This document shows, piece by piece, positions 51,794-61,859 of a DNA stretch of 64,000 bases. The stretch is taken from contig JBHGNT010000017.1 in the NCBI GenBank assembly GCA_043228905.1, positions 15,996,001 through 16,060,000 of the forward strand, in the 5' to 3' direction. The stretch's first letter is position 1. Each line of letters starts with the position of its first letter. The notes below the pieces were generated by a model. That model searched no databases. It was not told where the DNA came from and was given only the letters and a program-made list of their open reading frames with translations. The stretch is from Azolla caroliniana. Taxonomy: Eukaryota > Plantae > Polypodiophyta. The translations under genes were made by a program, and so were the position numbers.

Positions 51794-52455
51794 CCAGCGG
51801 TGAGGGGTAATACCGTTTTGTATATCAGCTGTTCTGTTCTTCTTCTAGATTCATTGGTATAACATGAAGGAAGTTGGAACTGTGCTTTGTTGTCACAGAG
51901 GCTTTCATAGGAAGAGAGTCTCTGTATTATATCTAAATGAATAGATGCATACCTATTTTGGGGCTCTTTCATTATATTGTGAAGTATTCGAAGGTATTTA
52001 ATGGAGAGTGTCTTTGCATGCGGTTATAAACGTTCTCATGTCGATACTCTTGATATGTTATATTGATATGTCCGATATAATGTTCTGAACTTTCCTTTTC
52101 AAAGAGATGCTTATATGAATGAACTTATTCCACTACAGCCTCAATCTCCGCTCAGCCATTAGTTTTGAACAATTAGAGTTAAGTTCAGGGAGTCAACATG
52201 ACGGATTGTTTTACATCATATAAACATGAGCACGTGACTTATTATTCTTATTATAAACATGTCTTTTTCATTTCATTGTAGTTTTATTTTGGGATAAGCG
52301 TCAGGAGTTATTGATGAGCTTGAACTTGAGAGTTCATTCACACAATTGATGACTCCTTAGAACCTAAGAAGTTCAATAATAAATAAACAAGAGAGAACAT
52401 ACTAAGAGTAGGACAACACATGCATCTATGTATAGCATCATGTAAGTCAACCGCA

Positions 52456-54030
52456 TTAATTGAGAATAGAGTCATGAGATGCCTCATTAATGTAGGGAAA
52501 GAATGTGTTGTTAGGGCCAGGTTGCAGAAAGATTTTCCCAAACTTGGAGAGAACACCGGTTGGCATAGCCAAAAGCACATTCAGTCCATCAGGGGTTCCA
52601 TCAGAAACAAAGAGCACATATGCCACCATTTCACTAAGGATGGGGCCAGCACAGATTGGCATACCCCAACCAAAATCCAAGTTTTGTAGCTTGATGATTT
52701 TCCACCATGCAGAAACATACAATGTGGTGTCACTAAGAGGAACTCCTTTGTTGATCTCTAGACAATCAATCGCAGACCTCACGTACTCATTAGTGATGCG
52801 TATCCGAGCTTCTTTCACCTTTGACACTGCGAATGATAATGGTTGGCGCAACAAGTCTGTAGACTTTGCACGTGCACAAGCGCACAATACCGCGTTTCCT
52901 GCAAAACCTGTTGGTAGTGGAGGTTCCATGCTTTGGCGGAAGTTAACAGCGAAAAGGAATGATGAATAATCTTCTTGATTGCCATCGATACAATCATTAA
53001 GAGCAGCAGTGCGACATTGCCATAAATGTGCTGCCAAGGCTTCGAACGTGGTTGTAACTCCACCTCCGGCTGCTTGTTTCAATTGTTTTACCATATTTCC
53101 ATCTACATGAAAATTCCTGTATGCATAATCTTGCAATCCACCACCACGCGATGTCGCAGCGACCAATGCATCAGCCTCTGTGTAGGCAGTTGTTGGATTG
53201 AGTTGCTTTGTGAATGGAACACCTGGTAACCATGTGTACTCGAAATGATCGAATTCTACCCGCGGTGGTGACCGTGCCCTCAATGTGGTGCGATCTGGGT
53301 CAGGCCATGTTTGCATACCGAGGCCACGTGCTAAAGATGCAAAGTTGGCCAAGAACTCACCGGCAGCTATGCCATCGAGGAGAACATGGTTGGATGAGAA
53401 ACCGATGGTAAAGCTTCCACACTTGAATCTTGTCACCTTCATAGTAAAACAATCGTACACAACAAACAAAATGACTATAGGCATTTTTCCTTATGAGAAA
53501 CTCATTTCAGAGAAGAAATGGAGTAGTTTTAGGTTATGTTCCACTATGGGTATAAAAGCTGGGCATTTTTGCTTGTGTGAGAGAGGTGCCTTCCCTCTTT
53601 AGTCAAGAAGGTCTAGTCATATTTCCTCATGGCAATGTGGATAGGAAACTTGTCTTCATGTTTTCCTAAAGTGCGCTGTAACATGACAACTGTTTGTTGG
53701 AGCTTGTAACCACATGCAACAAGCTCTCTTCTTAGAGACCATATAATTTAAAACCTTGGATTATATTGATAAAGTGGTAAAAAAGTTGGAATTATATTGG
53801 AAAGGGACAACAATTTTAAAATTTCATTTGATAAATACATACTCAACATCAAAGGAGTTGATATTATACATACACAAAGTTAGAATAATGGTGGAAGTAG
53901 TCTCCGTTTGATGTATACAAATACAAGGGCATCATCCTCCAACGAAGTTGTAATCTTAATGAAATGAGTACTTAGATACATAAACATACTAGTGCCTTTT
54001 AAAGTATAGTATTTTTTTTTGTTTATATAA

Positions 54031-54065
<35 letters not shown>

Positions 54066-54633
54066 TGATAAGGAGCGTGCAAAAGTGAAGAAAAATGTAT
54101 GAATGAATTACCTGAACTGTGGTGAGGGGGAGGTCAGCCAAGGTGGTAGGGCTTTGTGGGAGCAAAACAAGGGACCGAAATCCGGGATTAGGGAAGTTTG
54201 GGTCACCAATGTCAGCAAATGTGGCACGAGAGTTTGCACCTGCAAAGAGAACTCCTGCATTGTTACACACGAGCTCGAGTCGATATAGAGATTTGTTGTA
54301 TCGAAGTCGTCCTGCCATAAAATGGTATGGCACAAGAAGTTGAAGTAGTGCATTTCGGAGCTTGTCGACGACTCCTAGGGTTGAACCCCCTCCCTCCCCA
54401 TCTTTCACTTCATAGAAGTAAACGGTCTCGATTGGGTAGAGTACGACTTGATCAATATTCGATAGAAACATAATTTCATCATTTGTTGATGAGCCAGATA
54501 TGTGGGAGGCAATTAGTAGCTCAGGCTCCCCGATTATCTCAACCCCTAAATCCTCTGTGATATTGATACCCATACTTTTTTTTGCTGTTAACAAGTCTTT
54601 CTTCTCAACCTCAATATTCTCTTGTGTAGACAT
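52456..54633 (-). CDS. BAHD acyltransferase, about 500 aa (ASFT/FACT/GLAUCE-like group). Exons 54633-54112 and 53436-52456
   Basis: FLSNIDQ, FMAGRL, conserved Q|VTRFKCG intron, HXXXD (HVLLD) and DFGWG. Convergent with VSR. Confidence 0.93.
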
Positions 54634-54823
54634 GAATGTGTGCTCACTAGGGTTTATTTAACAAGCCTCACCTTCTCTTCCTTTTCTTTGTTGCTTATCT
54701 ACCCTCCCCCTCTCATGCAAGATATGTCATATCTTCCCTGCTTGGCTCACACATTTTTTGCTTATTTACCTTTTGGGATCATTCCATCTCTTCATGGTAA
54801 AAGAAGAGAAAGAGAAGTTGTTG

Positions 54824-54886
<63 letters not shown>

Positions 54887-55019
54887 TAGTGTTTATTAGG
54901 TTTAACATGGAATCCTTGTTTCTCCCATGGTGTCTCTTTTTATATTAATGAAGATACATAGCCGTAAGTGCTTCCTTCTTTTTACATTTAGGACCAAAAA
55001 ACCCTTATCCTTTGTTAAT

Positions 55020-55080
55020 AACACAGCTCAGAGAAAAAACACAACACAGCTCAGAGAAATATAACACAGCTCAGAGAAAA
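55020..55080. repeat. AACACAGCTCAGAGAAA x3 upstream of the BAHD gene
   Basis: Three direct copies about 400 bp upstream of the ATG. Confidence 0.85.
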
Positions 55081-55311
55081 AACATTATCCTCATTTCACT
55101 TTGAGAAAATGCAACAAATGTTTTTGCACCCCTCTTGTGCACACTTGTGCACTGACACATGAACATGAACACACATTTTGTGGATGTTGGCTTGGTATTT
55201 TACATCATGGCATCAAACTTATAACATTGAGAGAACTCAAGTGGGATCCTCACCATGAGTCTCTACCTCATGTTCTAGATCATTGCCATCTTTCATTGAC
55301 GTCTATGCAAT

Positions 55312-55349
<38 letters not shown>

Positions 55350-56629
55350 CATTAGGATATCATGCTCTAATTTAGAATAATAATTTCTTATTTTTCGATG
55401 AAGTGTAGTGTCCCTATACTAGGAAACTTGTTTGCATACCTCTCTTTAGGGTTGTTAGGGGTCAGTTGCGCACCTATTTGAGCAAATTGCTCGCCACCTT
55501 TTTGAGGGTAGGTGGGAGTTTTTCCCTTTACCTTGAGATGACAACAATGTTTGGGCTTTCCTTAGTTGTCCTTTATAACTTGAAGATGTGAAAATCATGC
55601 TTTTGTTACTCATCACATATTTTTTGGAAATGATTCCATTCCTTTTTGTAGAGGTACACTTTGGGATTATACCTCAATAGATCCCGGAAATTATGTTGTG
55701 GCCCTCAACTTTGAGAGCATATAAATACGTGTCGTTCACGATATGTTGAGGAATACCTTATCTCATTTTATGTAAGGCTATATGTTGAGTTCAAGAAACA
55801 TGATATATGTAAAGGATGATTTGTCTCTTTTGGGCAAGGTTATATCTTGAGGCTACACAATCATGTGTTTATATAACTCACAAATCACATGAGGAACTAG
55901 TTTTGATATTACAAGATGATAAATCGTGTTCCTTTGAAGGGTTAGCTCCAAGATTCTTTCCACAACGCATCAATTGCAAAAAACATACACTTTGTTATCT
56001 CTTCATCTTCTCACTCTCTCTACACAAACAACCATCAGCAATCAAAATTCTAAAGGTGGTTCCTCTTTTGCCCAAGAGTTTGTATCGAGGATACTTCTAA
56101 CAACAAAATGTTGGGTCAACAACAATGGAATAATTTATCTTGTGATTTCAAATTGAAAGGTCGTAATAAAATTTGAATAACATAGTTTATGTTAAGATAA
56201 TTGGTCTCTTTTAGACAGTAGGGCTATATTTGAGGCTACAATCATGTATTGATATAATTCCTGAATTTTCTTCACGTGGAGAGCTAACTTCCATATATTA
56301 CAAGATAATAATAAAATCATGATCATTTGGAGGGTTACCTCTAAGGTTGTTTTTATGCTATGACGTATCAATGTTCTACCACATTTGGAAAAAACCTTAC
56401 AATATTCTTGTACATAACATAGAGTCAACCTTACAACAAATTACAATGCCCTCATATACATACATAACGTCATATTCTTTCTTTCTCCTCTCAGCACACA
56501 AACAACTAATCAAAATAGAAGGTGTTACCTCTTCTACTAAAAAGTTTAATGCAGCCAAATCAACCTCCACATTCAAATCAATTTCATCCTTCAATCTTCT
56601 CAATTATTGTCTGTGTAAAATATTGCATT

Positions 56630-56740
56630 CTTTTTTTATTATATAAAAGTTTTTCTTAAATAGTATTAAGAATAAAACGCCTGAAGGCTACAACTTGAAC
56701 CTAGTTACCAAGGAGGTTACAACTTTTCCTATACAATGTT
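56630..56740 (-). mobile_element. Short 3' tail of the same L1 family as 1531-1635
   Basis: T-run, TAGTATTAAGAA, GCTACAACTT, TTACAA and TACAATG occur in the same order as at 1531-1635. Confidence 0.55.
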
Positions 56741-57230
56741 GTAAAATACAAGGATGTTTACATTTGTTGATATTCAAGAAAGAGTGCATGGAAGTCGATA
56801 TTGCCATTGAGGTTCTTGAGTTTAAAATATTGCATTCTTGGTTGTTGATGTCAAAAGAAGAAAAGCAATGATGTCGACCAAATCGCCTATGTTTATATTG
56901 TGGTGGCCCAAGGCATATTGTAGTAAATTGTCCACATAGGCCGAGACGTTAGGTTAAACTAAGTTGCTACAATTGATAAGTCTCTTTCATTAGGTGTATA
57001 TAGCAATCTTAGTGGTCCAATCTTATCAAATAAATTTGAGGTTCTAATTCAACTAGATGATGCGTTAAATGATTAAGTCCAACCAAAATGGGAGCCGTTT
57101 TGTTGGAAGTCCCAGATCTGTGCAACCCATGAGTGGTTCCATTTCTTCTAAGCAAGTTCACAGGGTGTTGTGTTCTCATCTCAAATGGTTTTTCATATAA
57201 CAAGTAATGATTAAGTTGATGTTCCAGCAC

Positions 57231-58442
57231 TATTAAGAGTATAAACTAATCAATAGACCAAATTAAAGTAAAAGAAAGGTGAATAGATTAAATTGGAGAA
57301 CCCATTCTACCTTACCAACCCCCAACTATGATCAAGACATAGCCAATCTACCATTGACCTCCCATACCGACAGATATTAGGATGACTAGTACCTTGGAAG
57401 AGGTAACAAGATCGTTGCGTCAAAACCATGTGATGTCTTAAGACAACAACCTTCCGACTTAACATGTTTTATGAGGATAGCTAGGCCTTAATAGGCCCCT
57501 TGAATAGATGTGCTTTTCCAAAGACTTTCTATTCATTGGTTGTCAAGATCATGCTAGTGCATGTACCTATCATTCCTTCCATCTAACATACCCTTCACTT
57601 ATGTTATGTAAATATTAATGAAATGCCCTCACATACATTATGTATGCTTAACATGTGCGGAAATGGAGCTCGGCCACAATCGAGTCTTAAAAACTCAATG
57701 GAAGAATACAAACAAAATAGAAATAAGATAGACACAAGATGTTAACATGGAAAACCCTAATAGGGAAAAAAAACCACGAGAGCCCACAGAATCCAACTAT
57801 CACTATAAGAGGAGGATACAATGTGAAACTTAGAGGCAACAACCTCGAGCCCTATGTCTTCGCCAACCGACGGTTACCACATAAAGACTTTTTGTATTTC
57901 ACGCTCTCACTGTCTCTATCTATCTCTGTCTATACAACAAAGCAATAACAACATGTAATAATCTACAACACCAAAAGTGATTGCCCTAAGTCATATTTAT
58001 ACTTATATGACTTTAGGGTTATTTACAAATATAGCCATGATAGGCACATCAAAACATATTTATTGATATGTCCTTGGATCCGGTTCATACCGGATCTCAT
58101 CCAGAGGGACCGAATTCCTAACATAACATACTCCCCTACTTCGAAATATTACACTCTTGCAATATCATGAATAGGTTTATCCATGCATTTGATCTTGAAT
58201 TGTTGAATCTCCTTAGAACCTAATTGTTCAGTTCGAGAATCAAGAATGTGTTTTGGAACATGAGGTTTGTGGGACAAATCCTCGAATGTTACAAGATCCT
58301 TTACTATGATGGTGTTATCATTAGAGCTAAAAATGGTTTTAGAAGACTTAATACGTGAAAAGCATGATGAATACCAATGTTATTGGGTAAGGCAAGGTGA
58401 TAAGCTTAGGCTTTCAAAGGGGCCACAATATCGTGGGGCTAA
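57231..58442 (-). mobile_element. 3' end of an older gypsy (family of 40735-45878): integrase/chromodomain tail, PPT, LTR 57231-58128
   Basis: Reverse complement matches about 45030-45878; PPT AGTAGGGGAGTA at 58129-58140. Confidence 0.88.
57654..58123 (-). mobile_element. Solo LTR of the copia B family
   Basis: TGTTAGGAATTCGGTCCCTC..CCGCACA with TSD TAACA (57649-57653 and 58124-58128). Shares GGAAAACCCT..AAAAACCACGAGAG with 9330-9878. Confidence 0.88.
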
Positions 58443-59159
58443 TGTTACGGGCATGACCATATAATATCCCGTGGTGAGAATTGTCGTAGTATTCTATACA
58501 CGTGGATAAGTGTGAGGGTTAAACAAAGAGTCTAAAGAAGGGGAGGATTACTTTTAATCCTCGGGATTGAGACAACCCATGAGGCCAAGTGTGAACATGG
58601 CTGGGGGCCTTGAGAATTACTATAAATAAGAGGCCTAGCTACCCTCATTTGGGCATGCATTGACTACGTCGAGACTCTGTCCGTGAGTGGAACGACTCTT
58701 GTAGCAAGCGCGCTATCGTCCAGGTACGACTCGACGCCAAGGCGGTGGTATGGGACGCCGATCGAGGCTCGAGTCCGTCTCGATCCCTTCGCTCGGGGGT
58801 GGTCGGGTGGATCGGCACCCTTCTTTCTCTCTTTTCTCTCTATTCTTTCTAGATCTATCATTGATATATCCTTAATTTATGCTTACTTTAGTACCTAATC
58901 TCTAATATTTAGTATCAGAGCCTATGTACTAACGTTTCTTTTGGTTTTCTTTTTGTCTTCGTGTGGGATGGCGATTGATCGTTGTGCGGTCGCCTTCATG
59001 CAGACAAGGATTAGCGAAAGAACTTCGGTAAATTTTCCTTAATTTTTTATCTAATTTTTCTTCTCCCTTCTATACATGTGTATACTTAATATGTAGTTTT
59101 TTTTTCATATATTCAATGATGTTGACGTGGTATTTAATTGGTTATCTTAAACGTTTACA

Positions 59160-59420
59160 TATGTCCACGAGGTCAATACCTCGTTTGACATATAAATCAT
59201 ATGTGATGAGTGTCGTATGCGTACGAGGTTACTACCTCAATTGCGTATTACGTTCACGAACATATGTTACGTTCGCGTACGAGGTCAATACCTCGATTCG
59301 TTCGAAATGATATGCGTTGGATTTACTATGCGTAAGAGGTCAATACCTCAATTGCGAATTACGCTTAACCTTATTTTCGGATGTTTCGTGTGCGTAGAGG
59401 TATATGCCTCGATTACGTAT
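59160..59420 (+). repeat. Array of five stem-loop repeats at about 56-60 nt spacing
   Basis: GAGGT-NNNT-(A/G)CCTC cores at about 59169, 59225, 59281, 59336 and 59397, separated by divergent spacers. Confidence 0.85.
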
Positions 59421-60340
59421 CCCGAATACATCATTGTTGGCTATATAAAAAAAACGATTCATTTAGTATACGCATATGTGGTCACTTATATACGTCTCTG
59501 ATCGTATATATGTGATATATTGACATATGTGTATATTTTAGATTACGTGATTCATATCAAATGTTTTCCTAATTGGGGAGAGGATTTTGGTGGCCGTCCT
59601 CACATTTTGTGAGAATGGCGTTGTCACCATCCCTTTTATCAACAATTTTTATTGTTGAAATTCCCGTTGGTCACTTTGATCTTTCGTTACGTAACGAACC
59701 TCGTATAGCCAAAATGATGTTGAATACGTCGGGCTTGATCCACATCAAGTAGGGTCGCTCTAATGACACACGTATCTAACATCTCCCCTCGTTACATGGA
59801 TACGATGCCACCATGAGCTCGTTCTTACGAGCGCCATTCGTAATGACGTGACCATGTGATGGGCCACATGAGCCTACGAAGACACAAGGGCTCATTCGGC
59901 TTGACCATTAGGTTACACTTTGGCATATGCCATTGTACTTACGAGGCTTGAGGGTAGGTAGCGTACAACCATAGTGGGTAATAAATGATGGAGAAATAAG
60001 GCCACTTGACCTATATGTTTCTTTTAAAAAAAACATATAGGGGCAAATGCCTCGCATATCTCGAATACGCCTCAAACATTAAACATTCAAGACGCGCAAT
60101 CTACTTGGTTGGCTCAAGTGTTTAATGTATTTGTCCTCGAGGTCTCGAGTTCAAATATGACCAACACCATACAACATCGTTGATACATATGACTATAATA
60201 CATGTTTAGACTTTAGGTCTAAGTGCACTTCGGGGTCCTCGTAATAGGACTTAAAGAGCCGAAACCACATATGTGGGCACAGAAACATAGTTATTGTTAA
60301 CATTTTTTTTCGTGTATAAACTATTCATGACGCGAACATA

Positions 60341-60501
60341 CATGGTTGAGCCTCGGGGAGCCGCCATGAAAAAAATCGATATAGAGATCAGGGAAAGGCA
60401 TTCATTTGTCACCCCCATGGTTTTTAAAACACCTCTGTGTTACCATAGTAACCTGATCTTGAACCTCATCTCATACGTCTAGAGGGGTATTGACGTGAGA
60501 T
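60341..60501 (+). ncRNA. Putative structured cis-RNA in a gypsy leader (copy 2)
   Basis: Conserved with 40735-40899, with covarying stems. Confidence 0.55.
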
Positions 60502-60605
60502 CATGATATCGATTAATGTTTGCCCATGATATGTTTACACCACGACAAGATGTTATGACTATTTGTCTGACCTTATCTTATTTCTTTGCCAGAAATAATC
60601 ATTCA

Positions 60606-61376
60606 ATGGCTCAGAATAACGACCCGATGCCCTCCGCTCAAGCGGAAAGACCTCAAGGAAATCCTCCTGGGACAATGTCCATTGAGGCGTATATTTTACA
60701 AGTACAACATTTCCTTAGTTCAACCGCGCAGCAGTTGACCGAATTTCGGCAATCTCAAAGTGCTCTCGAGGCACAAGTCATTAGTCTCCAAAATGAGATT
60801 AATAGACCTGATGAGCGTCAGGGTGAACCATCATTTGTCGTAAAGCCATTTACGGGAGATAAAAAGGAAAGAACCGAAGAAGCAATCTGCACGTGGCTGG
60901 GCCGATGGGAGTCTCATTTTGAGCTCTATCCCACGCCAGATAGTACGAAGATTGCATATGTCGGGCGAGAACTAGGGGGTAAGGCCGCCGCTTGGTGGCG
61001 TGGGCTCCGAACTTTGGGGAGATTGCCCGAGACCTGGACAGACTTTGTCACAGTTTTCAAGGGTCAATTTCTACAACCTCCCTCTCGAACCGAGGCAGCA
61101 CAAGCTTTAATGAACCTCTCTAGCAGGAAGTTTTCCTCGCTAGAAGATTATGTCCACCATGCTAGAACCCAAATCCAAAAATCGGGTCTAGAAGGGGACA
61201 ATTGGTTAATAGCTTGTTTTGTCAATGGCATCCCCAATTCGGACTATCACTGGATAGTGCACGATAAGGATCCAAAATCCTTCGAAGAGGCCGTTGAGAT
61301 AGTTCTTCGCTATCAACGCACTTCGAAGAAGGACCATAACAAACCCAACGAAGCGCCCGGTATGTTACGGGCATGA
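60606..61376 (+). CDS. Gypsy Gag (capsid), truncated before the zinc knuckle by the second LTR
   Basis: PFTGD..WLGRWESHF..LGGKAAAWW..TWTDF; homologous to 40999-41720; stop codon falls inside the LTR. Confidence 0.85.
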   Translation: MAQNNDPMPSAQAERPQGNPPGTMSIEAYILQVQHFLSSTAQQLTEFRQSQSALEAQVISLQNEINRPDERQGEPSFVVKPFTGDKKERTEEAICTWLGRWESHFELYPTPDSTKIAYVGRELGGKAAAWWRGLRTLGRLPETWTDFVTVFKGQFLQPPSRTEAAQALMNLSSRKFSSLEDYVHHARTQIQKSGLEGDNWLIACFVNGIPNSDYHWIVHDKDPKSFEEAVEIVLRYQRTSKKDHNKPNEAPGMLRA

Positions 61377-61859
61377 CCATATAATATCCCGTGGTGAGAA
61401 TTGTCGTAGTATTCTATACACGTGGATAAGTGTGAGGGTTAAACAAAGAGTCTAAAGAAGGGGAGGATTACTTTTAATCCTCGGGATTGAGACAACCCAT
61501 GAGGCCAAGTGTGAACATGGCTGGGGGCCTTGAGAATTACTATAAATAAGAGGCCTAGCTACCCTCATTTGGGCATGCATTGACTACGTCGAGACTCTGT
61601 CCGTGAGTGGAACGACTCTTGTAGCAAGCGCGCTATCGTCCGGGTACGACTCGACGCCAAGGCGGTGGTATGGGACGCCGATCGAGGCTCGAGTCCGTCT
61701 CGATCCCTTCGCTCGGGGGTGGTCGGGTGGATCGGCACCCTTCTTTCTCTCTTTTCTCTCTATTCTTTCTAGATCTATCATTGATATATCCTTAATTTAT
61801 GCTTACTTTAGTACCTAATCTCTAATATTTGGTATCAGAGCCTATGTACTAACGTTTCT

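Noticed and set aside
32534-54633. Functional cluster of RabD, VSR and BAHD
   Set aside because: Two trafficking genes near each other is plausible by chance, and nothing in the sequence shows co-regulation.
56192-56646. Possible decayed gene on the minus strand
   Set aside because: No recognisable motif; it cannot be supported without a search.
58664-58898. Duplicated small ORFs (also at 61584-61818)
   Set aside because: They lie inside the duplicated LTR and have no coding signature.
59160-59420. CRISPR array
   Set aside because: The repeats are short and degenerate, the context is a eukaryotic retroelement leader and no cas genes are present. Kept as a hairpin array instead.
60384-60460. 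Hairpin ribozyme loop B
   Set aside because: Only superficial GAAA similarity; the GUAUAUUA strand and loop A are absent.
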